A DNA stretch of 62,000 nt, counting the filler, from Choristocarpus tenellus KU-1152 (Eukaryota > Protista > Phaeophyceae), in NCBI GenBank assembly GCA_964200185.2. It is 9 parts of 9 records of this genome, joined end to end, with 100 filler letters (N's around TTAATTAATTAA, not from the genome) between each part and the next. Parts side by side here need not be neighbours in the genome. Positions count along the whole stretch, not along the records: positions 26,680 to 29,914 come from CAXNAD020021350.1; positions 30,015 to 34,600 come from CAXNAD020013896.1; positions 34,701 to 48,446 come from CAXNAD020001384.1; 6 more parts are not named here. One strand, given 5' to 3'. How positions within the stretch are numbered: the stretch's first letter is position 1; every line of letters begins with the position of its first letter. This document shows, one piece after another, positions 28,335 to 41,170 of the stretch. Position numbers and translations under genes: made by a program. The notes under the pieces are model-generated. The model did no database searches. It was not told the origin of the DNA and worked only from the letters and a program-made list of their open reading frames with translations.

Positions 28335-28933
28335 CTCCAGAGCTGGCCATGTAGAAGGTTTTGCCCGCACTTAGGGTAATGCAACAGATTTCTGCCGTCC
28401 TTTGGTTCAACTCTTTCTTAGAAGATTCGGTCGTGGTCCTTGATGCAATGTAGGATTTCGGAATCGTCGCATCCAACGTGGGGAGGTATTAGGAAGAGAG
28501 GTCAGTCAGTTCTGAAGCTAATATGTTTCACATGGTTGATTGTTGAAGGTGGTAAGGTAGAGATGAAAATGAAACAGTGTCGTTAAGTTTTTAGCAAACG
28601 ACCAGACAATTAAGTAGTTTCCCGAAGATTAATTGATGTATGCAGAGAACGCGAAATACACCATAGAAAGAATGCCTCTCTTCCATGAAACACGAAAAAG
28701 CGGCTGAGATGTAATTTCGAGGGCTTTGCATCTTGTCGACAGCCTGTCGAACGACAGGCTACGAAAATTTGAAAAAAATGAAAAAAAAGCGAGACTTGAT
28801 TAATATATTTAATTCCGAACGCGTGTGGTTGGTGCGGGGATACTTTTTTTCTTCAAAAAAACAAAGTCGTGCTAAAAAATATATGTACGTTACATGGGCG
28901 GTTAATAAGCGCTGGAGTGGTGGGTAACAATAG

Positions 28934-29520
28934 TTGGCTACGGAGGAGAGTGGCTTCTGTTGGTGGATACTAAAATTATGTCGAAAAATAGGAATGGGTA
29001 AGATGCAATACTCAAAAGAAATGTGTCCTTTTTACACGGAGGAAAACACTGGGGATCATGTATTCCTTCTACAAAAGGTTAACACGGGCAGCAAAGTGTT
29101 GCAGTAAGTGACGAGAATTGGCTACAAAGGAGAGTGGTTTCTTCTGTTGGTGAATTCCAAAATGATGTCGAACATTCCGAATGGTTGAGATGCAATACTT
29201 GAAAGAAATATTTACTTTGACATGCACAAAAACACGGGGGATCATGTATTCCTTTTACAAGAGGTTACCGTTGGCAGCGAAGTGCTTCAGTGAGTAACGA
29301 GAATTGGCTACAGAGGAGAGTGGTTTCTTTTGTCGGTGAATCCTAAAATGATGTCAAGCATTCCAAATGGGTGAGATACAATATTCGAAAAAAATCATTA
29401 CTTTTTTAATGAAAAAAACCCGGTAGGGATTATGTATTTCCTTCCACAATAACAGGTATCATGGGCCGTGAAGTACTGCAGTAAGTGACGAGAACTGGCT
29501 GCAGAGGAGAGTTTCTTCTA
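28934..29520. repeat. Tandem array of ~184-191-bp units, about 3.2 copies
   Basis: Units start TTGGCTAC...GGAGAGTGG at 28934, 29118, 29304 and 29495, with shared blocks such as GGGATCATGTATTCCTT and CAGTRAGTRACGAGAA. Confidence 0.9.
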
Positions 29521-30984
29521 TATGTACATCAACCCAAAAATGTGATATGTGGGAGTTAGGGCAACGATGTTAACAAGTATGTTCATGAGGGGACATACGA
29601 TCAGTGTGTAAAAAATTCAATTCGTGAACTCTGTAGACCTTGATTCAAGATTTTCAAACAAGACTGTGTGGAGTCGGTCAAAGGTAATACTAGGGATGTG
29701 ATCTCATGCAAATTAGAGAGATGCGCAATGTGATTATGTACATATAGAAAGGGTGTACCAAAGGGCGGGTAATTGGTGTGCATGGTGGTCTCAGGGAAGA
29801 ACAACACAAACGCTGTTTTTGTGGTCTTCGACAATCCTAATAACCGTTTCGGAAGTAGAGAGGAGAGGGGGGGGGAGTGGTGCACGCGGTGACTGGCTTC
29901 TTGGACAATTCAAGNNNNNNNNNNNNNNNNNNNNNNNNNNNNNNNNNNNNNNNNNNNNTTAATTAATTAANNNNNNNNNNNNNNNNNNNNNNNNNNNNNN
30001 NNNNNNNNNNNNNNGTTTGGGGTGGAGGAGAAGGGGGGGAGGGGGGGGGGGGGGGGGGAGTGGGGGAGAAACACTACAACTACAAAAATAGAAAAAAATA
30101 TCACTGAACAAAAACTGAAATAGATTGTGAAGAGAGGTACAGTTAATATTATTACTCTTACACACCTCATCCCTAACCCTGAAAATAACACAACCAAAAA
30201 AAGTTCACACTGCATGTCCAAAATAGTCCAGTGTTCGTGGTGCCTCCATCCACTCTAGCACATAATCCCCTCTAGCCCAATGGTTAGTGGAGGCTGTTCC
30301 CTACATGAATATGGGGTTCAAATCCCATCGACGTCATATGTTTTCCCATGGAAATCTGCTTCGAATTTCCAAAATCCTTCAGCAAGCACTATGAATTACA
30401 CACCTCTACTATCCTATCTGCCACCATACCACAAAGAATCACCAGCCAAAGAGTGGGGTGGTAAGGTCTAATTGCTAACCAATATCGAGGTGGGGTACAG
30501 GAGAAGATCCAAGGGAGGAGGTGAAGCATCAAGCAGCCTAAAGCGATAAGATGACAGAACAAAATAAATGAGATGAAAAACAACGGAAAAAATGGTTCAA
30601 AACTACAATTGGTCGTAATGCAACAGTTAGCTACACTAGTACAGTGTTTAGTTAGGGTTAGTATTGAAGTATCAATAGTGGAGTGTGTAGTGCCTTTGAT
30701 CAAGGGTTGGGATCATCCCAGACAAAAGTGGAAAAGATAATAATAATAATAATAATAATAATACATCCTCTGTTTGGAATTAAAAGTAGCATATATTTTG
30801 AAGCCCCGGTGAAGGAGCAATTTTTCGGTTTCACATGTTCGTATTTTATGGGTGTACTATACAGGCACGAAACGTTTGCCCACCAAAGGTCCAAAGCAAA
30901 ATGGGGCAGCCTACACCTATCAATGCCTCTGGCTTAGAATCCCTCCCAAACTCCATTACAGCAAACAGTATTTCGCCACATCCA

Positions 30985-32520
30985 CTAGGGCATTCGGTGG
31001 GAACTTGCCCGCCTTCTCAGCCTCTTCCTTGCTAAGATGGGGGATTTGGAAGACGTTGTCACATTTAATTCCGAAAGAGGCTCTGCCAGACATGCTCTGG
31101 TGTCTCCTGGGGGTACACATTGAACGTTTCCTTTGTGGCCTACACCAGTTGATGGCTCCTCGGGACTAGTCATAGCCACGTGTTCCTTCAGTTGATGGAT
31201 GAAATGAAAGAATACCAGGGTCAGTGACATCGAGGTGAGGTGAGTTGAGTTGGCTGCTGCCTGGGTCTCTATAACAATGTCGTCGCCCACTGCTTCCTCA
31301 ATCGCCTCCATGATCCCCCCCTTGGTGTGTGGCTTTACCCTGTCCCTCTGCATGGATGGAATGTCCTTCCGACCTAGGCATGTGGGCCTTGATTGTCGGG
31401 ACGGCATCCTTGATCATGAGCTTCTTGCACTTCTTCCCATCTACTGTGTCTGGCACAAGCACCTTGGTGCCCTTGGGGCGGTGCTCGCTGGAGCGCTGAG
31501 CAACCATAGTGTCCACGTTTGGCCAGATTCCGATCTTCCCATCAAACCACACCCTGTTGGAGAGCTTCCTAGGGTGGGCCACATTCTGAAAGGAACAGCA
31601 CGTATTCTGTTCCCGTGAGGGTTTGGGGGGTCTTCAGTGAGGTGCAGGTACACACCTTGCCCAACTTTGAGGATATACAACCACATCTCGTCCACATGCA
31701 CCCAGTCATGTAGATCGTCCAGCAATACCCCACTTCCCCCCCTCCTGTGCATGAGGCCGATGACAAAACCCACCCTGTTGACTCTCTGCTGGTCTGAAAG
31801 ATCTGGCTCAATCCACCACTTCACCTTCTCAAGCTTGTGCAGATACCACAACGAGTCAAGGGAGACCCCAACTTTGGACACCTATTTGCAGAAGTATGTG
31901 ACAACTTTGGACACAACTGTAGCGTACCTCCGATGGGACATTCCAAACGTTGTATAGTGTATAGTGTATAGTGTTAAGGATACTTGTATAGAGTTAAGGA
32001 TACTTGTTAGTGTTAAGGATACTTGCATAGTGTTAAGGATACTTGTTAGTGTTGAGGATACTTGTATAGTGGTTGCATCTTTTGATGTGACCCTTGCGAT
32101 GTAGTGATGTACAAGGTCCATGCATTCACCACATGCAATCTGGCTGGCTGTCATACTCCTTCAGATGACGGAACACGGCGATTTGGGAGATTCCGATTCA
32201 CTCTGCGATAGCCTCTGCCATCATTGTCCCCCAAGGCAATCCGAATCTCATGCCACCATGCTTGTTCTCCATTGAGGCGTTTGAGTCTGGACCCCATACA
32301 AACTTCTGGGCTGAGGGATTGTGACAGATGGGCGACAACAGGATGAGCTAGCAGCTCGAATGATGGGGGACCTTCGTCCTAGACATCCCAATAAACACCC
32401 GGTTTGACAGTTTCATGAGGTTTATTGCACCACCGTCAAATGCGACTTGGTCGACGTTGCATTGGCGATCCTCCACAGTCATGACATCCCCCACCACCTC
32501 AAAAAGTTGCACGCCTCGCA
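30985..32520 (-). mobile_element. Decayed Tc1/mariner transposase, plant-type (Soymar/Osmar-like)
   Basis: Frameshifted fragments DWVHVDEMWLYI, WFDGKIGIWP, PTIKAHMP and IVIETQAA(NS), plus a ~20-bp tandem insertion near 31970-32070. Confidence 0.8.
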
Positions 32521-33142
32521 ATCTATATGAGAACTAAACCTTGTCCAGAGGGTTTATCACGTGGGTCGTTTTTTGGGCGAGAAAGGAGCTTGCAAAAGTC
32601 ACAATACATTTAAATCTGGACGGAGGAAGTACTTGTCCCAATGGCAATGGCTAGCCCATACATACATTACTATTAGGTACGGACACACATGCACACACAC
32701 ACTTATTGGATATATAGAAAAAAAAAAGACACACACACAAACATACAAACATACAAACATACATATTCCACATCTTGGAAATAGGGTCAAGGTTGAGTCA
32801 ACAGTACAGACCACAACCGTGCAAGAAACTGCCGATGCCATGCGTCGAATTTCAAAACTTTCTAACGCCATCCCACATATACAACCGCCAAAGTAAATCA
32901 GATTAGATCTATTACAACCATCCCCCCCCAAAAAAATCGGAACTTTTTTTTTTTTTTTTTCCCCGGACTAGTCAAGTAGGCCTCGTCTATACTCAAAAAG
33001 ATCTTCTCGCCCAAATGAAACTGCCGACACCTAATGATTCTTACATCCCCCCCCCAAAAAAAACAAAAACAAAAAAACAAAACAGAGTTAGAAGAAACAG
33101 TAGAATGTCACACCATTCATAAAACACCCCCTACCGACCTAC

Positions 33143-33475
33143 CTCACAGCAGCATGGGCAAGCGGAAGACTGTGCCCATGAAGATCCATGGCACCGATTC
33201 CAACCCTCCCCCGAGTCCTTTGGTTCAACTTCAGCTTGTCCTCGACATCTCCCCCTACCACACCCTGTCCTACGCCTCTTCCATTATCAACTCCATTTCT
33301 GTCCACGACCGAAACTCCCTCTGCTCTGCTACTTTGGTCTTCAATTCCCCCCCCACCCACGGCGGCCCTCACACCGGCAGAGGGTTCAATCGAACCGGCT
33401 CGTTCCCAGTGCGTGATAACACCCTCTTCATAGGCTAGCCTGTAGAAGAAGTCAGCCAGGTTGTACATACCGTCC
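33143..33475 (-). CDS. Exon encoding the start of an Smr domain (PPR-Smr-like protein), partial
   Basis: AG/GT-bounded exon reading DGMYNLADFFYRLAYEEGVITHW...AMDLHGHSLPLAHAAVR. xDLHG followed by A..AV is the Smr signature. Confidence 0.7.
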
Positions 33476-34890
33476 CTAGAGTATTGCCAAGGCGTACAAT
33501 TGTTCCGTTTTTTTGGTCGACAAGATGCGGAGTGTGTGTGCATCAGTGACATCGGCTGCGGTGTTGGTTTTGAAAAAAAAAAAAAATGAATCGTAGATTC
33601 TATCCCTACATGCATACACATACACATACAAATGCACGCAATACAATAAACACACAGAACTCTTAACTCTAGGTGCTGCACAAACAGAACGATGTTCAGA
33701 ACCATTTCTATTTTTTTTGTTTTTGATGAGGTTAGGGTTGTACATCTGTCCTTAGGGTTAGGTCCGTCCTAGTAGACACACACACACACACATATCCACA
33801 AACATTTACAAAGATAGTACGTACTGTAGCCATTCTTTTCTTTTATGAGGCGAGGGTTAATAAGGTTAGGACAGAGATCCTTTTAGGGTTAGGGGTTAGG
33901 GTTAGTGCAAGGAGAAAAAGGACAAAACAAAAAGAGTCGGGGGTATTCTTGAGAGAGACATTTCTTTCTTTCTTTCTTTTTTTACTATTTTAATCAATTA
34001 GAAGGCCGTTTCCACCTTTTACCTGACCCTTCACTACTGCTTCCACCTTTTAAATAAATGGATCTCCCTGTTTTGTTGCTGTGGTAGATGAGACCCCCCT
34101 GGATAGAGGTATGATAAAGGTATCTCTTCTATGGTATTGGGTTTGAGACAGGAGGGATGTGTACTAGTGTTACTCAAAACAAAACAAAAAAAGTTATTCC
34201 AGAGATACCTACTATTCAAACACGCCTACCCCTCTTTAGGATGATATGTTTAGATGATGTTTAGGGTTAGGGTTAGATTGTGCTTTACACCCTTCCTCGT
34301 CCATCTCTCTGAAAAAAAAACTAAAAAAACTAAAAAGAGTACCTACACTTCTCCTTCTTCTAGGTACACATCCCTGACAATCTTTCCCCGGAGTGCTTGG
34401 GTCAGAGTTAGGGTCAGGACCTATTGTGGTTGAGGGTAGTTATCACCCGCCACTGCACAGCACCTTACATTGAAGACACTTTATTGAAGACACTTCATTG
34501 AAGAGACTATGTTCAAGTCAACAGTTACAAACATGCCCCCGCCCCCCCCCCCACCCCCGCTCCATTACAACCCTCGCCAAGCACCATCCACCAAACCCCC
34601 NNNNNNNNNNNNNNNNNNNNNNNNNNNNNNNNNNNNNNNNNNNNTTAATTAATTAANNNNNNNNNNNNNNNNNNNNNNNNNNNNNNNNNNNNNNNNNNNN
34701 GCAAGGAGGGACCTGTGAGATTCTTGGGATGCTTCCCTAGCTCCTCGCCCTGGGGTGTAGGACTAAGCTAGGTTGGAGACATAGGAGGGAGTGGTGTAGC
34801 ATAGCTGGTAGTAAAATCGTAAATAGAACATAGAAAAATATCTTTCATGAGAACTCTACTTTTTCTGGGGTTGTTCTTATATTGAACTGG

Positions 34891-36554
34891 CTTTTCATTG
34901 GTCTTCTCCTGGCACATCTACAAAATGTCAGAGGGCATAATAATATGTATATATATAACTTGAAATTGTAAACAGATGGAAACAGACCGACAGGTTTTTC
35001 AGACTAAAGGAGAGCCAGAAACCCCACAATAGGAGGGGAATGGAGAGAGAATCAAACAGGATGGAGAGCAATCCCTTAGAAGATCACTCAGGAAAGAGCG
35101 AACAAGCAAAAAGTGAATTAGGGGGGTTTGAAAGGTTCCCTCAAACCACCATCAAGTAGATGTTATCTTCAACATGATAAGTAGATGTCATAAGAGCAAC
35201 AGAGGTAGGTAACCTTCAGGTGTATGTTAGTTGGAAGATGGCTTCCACAAAAGTTTGTAAATTTTTAAAAGAAAAACCTGAGGTCTATTCTAATGATTAT
35301 TTTAAGGACTTAGTAAAAAAAATAGATACGAATACAAAAGATATCATTGTGAAAAATATGGTGTCATGATGTTGGTTTAGACTTTTAGCACCACCAAACA
35401 TTATCCGTAGAGTTCACGTGATATTCAATACACAAAAAAAAAATACTATTATATCTCCAATTCTATCACTCAAAATTTGGAATTCTATATTATAGATAAA
35501 ATTTCAACAGATTGAATTTTGTTGAACAAATTTTGGGACAAATTGTTCTTCTTAAGTCAAATGTTGTACGTTACATGTTGCATAATTGAATTTTGTGTTT
35601 TGATGTCGAGTAATATCTTTATCTTTCTTCGGTTTAATTGTTAATTATTCTACTCTTATATATAAATCTTTATTGTTCTCTGGAACATCACCTATGGTTC
35701 ACACATGATTTTATTCGAAAGTTATTTTTCTTATTAGAGTCAGTAAGATATTTCCAATCCATTAATGTTTGTTAATGTTTGAGTCCTTTCCAAACATTTC
35801 TAGTCATATATCCATGGTTACCATGGATATATTCATATATTTCGAACTCCTACTTTGTGCTGGAAAAATAATGTAACTTTGTCAAAATCCAAAAAGTGGA
35901 ATTCCGTTAACAATTCAAAGTAGAAGGTGAAACGTAATATACATCCAATTTTCCAATTTTGGTAGTTGTTAGAACCGTTGATTAGAGATATAATTGTTTC
36001 ACTGATTGTTTGATTGATTGTTTGATTGATCGATTGGTTAAATGATTGGCTCATACTCACTACCACGCATATCATTACCACTTTCTATTTCCTCACAACA
36101 CCTCCAAATCAATAAAGTCCACTGTGATGTAATAATGTTTGAGTACATTTTATTTTCTTTGATATCGCATTTAATACTCCTGTGATTATATCACATTCTA
36201 TGGATAATAATGATGAATCAATTATCACAATTTGGTAGTTGTGGTATGTTGCTTCTTACTTGTCCATGAGAACATTATCTCCAAAATGTTTGATCTTCAT
36301 TTATAGTGTTGAACTATCACTCGTGTTTAGGTAATGTACGTTGTGGTGGTTGTCATCTTTCAAAATTATCTTCATGGATCCATATTATTTGTATGATTGG
36401 CACAGTATGTGGTTTGTTGTATACTTGAGAATAATTCAAACCAGACTTTTCTCCCAATCAAAATAGGAAGTCTGTTGCCAAAACCATAATAAAGAGTAGT
36501 TTTCATTGCTTTCCCCCCTGACACATCTGCAAAATGTCAGAGGGCATAATAATA
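34891..36554. other. AT-rich island bounded by a repeated ~55-bp hairpin motif; possible virus- or TE-derived relic
   Basis: TTTTCATTG...CCTGRCACATCTRCAAAATGTCAGAGGGCATAATAATA occurs at 34891-34945 and 36500-36554. The interior is clearly more AT-rich than neighbouring genes and holds broken Lys/Asn/Ile-rich frames. Confidence 0.5.
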
Positions 36555-36997
36555 AAATAAAGAGATATGACAGAACTCTGTTCAAAATTGTTGTACCGTT
36601 TTGTACTACCATATATATTTTACCCTCTAATATATGGATATGTGTTATGGAAAACTACAATATGTTTTACGCCATCTTACATTTTGTAAAAACCAAACAT
36701 ATATCTCCATTACCCTTGAAAAAATATCAGTTGTCGTTCCTTCCCCCCCCGATTTTTATTGAAAACTGGAAGATTGGTATAAGAATTCCTGGATCGGAAT
36801 AGGAGAAATATTGTGAAGTTGACCGTTGCCACAACCATATATATATATATATATATCATCACTCTCCTTTGCCTCAATCAAAAAAATCACTGTTGTTGTG
36901 ACATCTTTCCCAACTTTGCGTCTGGTTGATAACTTAAGTCACCTATCTCTATCACAAAACTACCTCCGAGTGTAACAAAGCAGTAGTCGTGCCTGGA

Positions 36998-39228
36998 ATG
37001 GATAGTCGCATGATGTTCCCTACTCGACTGCGATACCAAAAGGCCAAGAGTCAAATGAGGGATGATGGGGAATCTGCAGGTATGCCACATTTTAAACCTC
37101 AGTTGTGTTGCTGTACAAAGGGGAGACCGGTCGAGTAGTGATACCCAAAGACTCAAGATGCTAATTACGTATCGCCGCGATAGGGAAAATAGCTCTCGGT
37201 TGCCACTATGATTTTTTTTTCCGAACTCACCGTGCCCCACTCAACCCTACCATAACAGTTGGGCTGGTCGAAACTTCTCCCACATCAGTGGCTGGATTCT
37301 GCAGCCGTTGGTGGGGAAATACCCCACCTGAAATTGAAGATACATCAAATGACGGAGGGCAGGAATTTGTGGACTCGTTAAGAGCAATATGGAAGCGACC
37401 GGTTTTGGATGGGGGTCTTGCTAAAGACCTTCCGAGATTAGTCCATCGTGTGACATTAAGGACCAGAAGCGGCTGGTAAGTTGAGTTGAATGTTTTACTC
37501 TCGAAATCGACTTTCTTTTTCCTCGAAGGCTTGCAACTCTGGACACCCTCGTGGACTTTACAACACTGTTCTCCCTACTTTTTCGCAGCGCAATTGTGGT
37601 GTGTACATGGTTCACGAGGCAATCCTTGCCTGCCCTCCCCGAAATTTCCCTCTTTTTCGAAATTGCCATTAAAGAGTATACATCATTCATCGGCGAGTCT
37701 TTTATCTTCTTTCACCGAAGTTTCCATTTGCGCTTACACTCCTTCCTTTCTCGCAATGTACAGCCTCTGCCTACGGGATCTAGATCAGGAGAATGTGACG
37801 GGCTCAGTTAGAACGTGGGCAAATATTTCGCGCTTGGTGGTGACTCTTGTTAGGGAGCTTGAGCCCGACAGGCTAGAGCAAGTGGAGGCAGGACTGGCAA
37901 ACATAGAAAGTCGAATAACTCCAAGCACAGATCTTGAAATGGTGGTTCCTGAGCTGGTAGAGGAAATGGGGGAGGAGAGCAGAGCTCTGAAGGCCCTCAA
38001 GATGGTGAGCATGACTGACTGCCTTAACCTTGAGCAAAAAAAATAATCAGGTGCAGTTATTGCCACGGCACCCTGTTTTCAATTGTTTCTGGAATAGAAG
38101 TTGTGACAATCCCCATAGTGCTTGACGGGTGGGGGGGGGATTCTTACTCCGTAACAATTGCGTTGAGACCCTGTCTTTGAAAAGGTTAAAACCTGCTATC
38201 TCGATACATTATCCCCCGGACATTCTCCTAAAATGAATTCAATTCCTCTACACCCCTTGGTCGGTACACCATGGACTCGATTTGGACCATTGCAAATACA
38301 TATGTTTGGTTACGTAAATCTATGGACAGGTGGAGCAGGGGGTGGTGCTGCTAAGTGTGCACTACATGAAGAGGGCTGCCACAGAGGGGCTACTGACTAA
38401 AGACATCCGTTCACCGGAGGGATGGCAAATTGGCTTTGACCTCTTGGACCTTGTTCAGGTACACTAGGTGCATGACGGTCTAAGTTTGCTCTCTTACAGA
38501 CACCCTGAAGTTGTCCAATATGCAGCAGATGTTCCTTTTTTTAGAATTTGAGGCTGTCATCAATCTTTTATTAATAAAGACTGGCCCCCAAGCACAGAGT
38601 CCCCGTAGAATACTGTTGTCAAGAGCTTCCAGTTCAAAGTCATTCCAGTTTGACATTGCTGTGAAGGAGGTATTTGATGGAGAGTCCAATACATACCCTG
38701 CAAACCCTCAACATGAAGAGTTACTATGGGAAGGGAAGGAACAGAATTTGTGGATCGGTTCCCATCTGAGGGGGGGAAATTGTTCAATTGGTATTTTCTG
38801 GCAGCTGACGTTATTGCACCATACATACCCTTACTGGACCGCTGAATGGAACTGGGTGCATTCCAATGTTGCAGACATTGCATTCAATGTTTTGGCAACA
38901 TCGATACGCTGTCATGTTGCAGTAGAATTGAACTTCATTCGACACACCACCCTTACCCACCAAGGGGAAACTAAGCTGGATAATCCAACCATTGTGAAAC
39001 ATGTAACAGGTCTATCATACTCGTCGGGAGCAGTCTGTTGATGTCCTCAGCGGCGAAAGCAACCACTTTGAGCTGGAGTATGAGGTGCGAGCAACCTTTC
39101 GGAGGGACATGACGGAGCTCACCACAGCGAGCTTGCGTATACAGCAGCTTGCCTGTGCACCAACCATGGTCCCGGAAATGCGCATGGAACTCGAGTCGCG
39201 ACTCCTGGGAGACATTATACTTGTCTGA
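36998..39228 (+). CDS. Conserved hypothetical protein, tentatively with a GlfB-like C-terminal domain
   Basis: Five frame-consistent exons: 36998-37079, 37289-37475, 37764-38004, 38330-38458 and 39010-39228 (TGA). The motifs LLTKDIRSPEGWQI, VYHTRREQS and FELEYEVRATFRRDMTELTTASLRI recall amoebozoan GlfB C-terminal domains. The family call is from memory and unverified. Confidence 0.75.
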
Positions 39229-41170
39229 TTTTGTACCTAACCCTAACCCTATTCATTTTTCACTTTTTCTTGAGTTGTGGTGTGGCCCGCCCCTTGCTAT
39301 AGAGTGTAGGCAGCATTGGTGGTTGCCGTAAATGTTTCTTTGTGACTTTTTGACACTTGCTGGAGAGTAGGCATGTTCAATTAGTAATAGACCGCTTGGT
39401 GAGTTGAGTTGTCCTAGTTTCAAGTGGTGCTAATTTTGGGTGTGGAAAAGTAAACCCTATTGTTCCTCCAATTGATGTCAAGATCTAAGGCAAAAATAAT
39501 CTGGAGAGGTATACGGGACAAGGTACAGCAAAGAAACATTTGTATTAGTATGAGTAGTTCTGTGTTACATTGAGTCAATGGTACGATGGATATGCCTTGC
39601 AATGTCCCCTACCTCCTTGTATGTGGCTTTTTCTCTTTTGACAGGGCATGTAGAGCGTTGTATGGGCAATGATTTAAGGTGATGCCCAAACGCAGTTTCT
39701 GTTCAATGGGTGAAGAAGTGTGTAAGCTTTCAATTTAGTTGTGCTTGTGTTGATGTGTCTGGGATAAACAGACATGGCATCAGTTTGTTATGTATGCCTA
39801 TCCAGTTTGGCTGGAGTATTCCTATCAGGGATGTATGTGTATCTTGTATCCTGTATCTTGAATGTTTAGATTGTGTGAATTTCTGAAGCCCCAGTGAAGC
39901 CAGCATGTATTGCTGTGCTTGTCTAGTGTGTAACATGTTTTGGGTATTAACTCAACCAGCCTTACTGCAGATAATGTTAAACAATCACAGGTAGAGAGGG
40001 CACATATGTGTAATGATTTTCACACTCAAGGGTGACGCCTGACAGGTGTTGCATGTTCGGTGTTTTTTGCTTTTCTACATGCACATTGTATATGGGCTAT
40101 TGTCCCTTCAGAGTGTGCCAAAGTTCACTTCCAGTCATACACAACAAATTGTGCAATTGGTTAATAGTCTTTTTTTTATTTATATCTTGCATACCACATT
40201 TTAAACTGTCAAGTCTACAAGCCCCGTGAAAGGAGTACATACTACTATTGCTTCCTCAAGGATTGAATACACCATTAGATCTTGGTAGCTGTGGAGCTCA
40301 CGGCGTTGTTGACTATATGCAGCTCTAAATCCTGCAGCAGTTCCTACCCACTTCAAACCGGTGCTAATGAAACTTGCAGCACTTGTACACCTTTGCATGG
40401 TTGTATGTCTTGGGTGCACATTGTCCACCTGCTCCTTCTCCACTACTCAGCTGTTTTAGCACCCCTTTCCTCACAGTTCCCTGGCCTATCATCATCAAAA
40501 CCGAAGTATACAAGAATTGGTACAAGCTTCAAAAGTGTTGGAAACCCTGCTACCCTTACCAGGAGAGTCACATGTACAGAGAGCTAATTATACAACACCA
40601 GAGGCTGTGACAACAACGTGCCTCCAATAGCACACTGTAACTGGTCTCCCACACGTTTGTACTCACCTGAAAATGGATAGATCAAGTGGATAGATGCAGC
40701 ATTTGACTGCCCTCACAAGCAACTTGAAACAAATACACACACACATGCTGTTGCCAGAATGTGACTATCTCCACTGACTGGCACAGCTACAAGCTAGAAA
40801 ATGATATGTGAGGAATTGCTTGATAAACATCATCATGGATGGGTATTGCTAAAAATGAATACTTTTTCTTAGGGCCTTCAAGTTCTGCTGGCTATAGTGC
40901 AGTATATTCTTCTTCAAGGCTTCTGCACTCTCACCTGACTCCTGCATTTGCCAATCAATGCAACACATTGATGACTGGGAGAATAGAAGAGTCTTACTTG
41001 AGGCACTCCAGGACAATCAATGGTAGTCCTCAATGTGATCACATCATCACTTTGCAAGGGTGAGTAGCTCATGTCGATATTTTTTTTGGTATAAGTGAAG
41101 TGTGCATAAACTCCCCTTTTTTTCACCTTACTAGTGACTGATAATATCCAGCACATTACTAATTTCAATA

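Noticed and set aside
37421-38066. Minus-strand ORFs 37421-37690 and 37785-38066
   Set aside because: They are antisense shadows of the spliced + strand gene.
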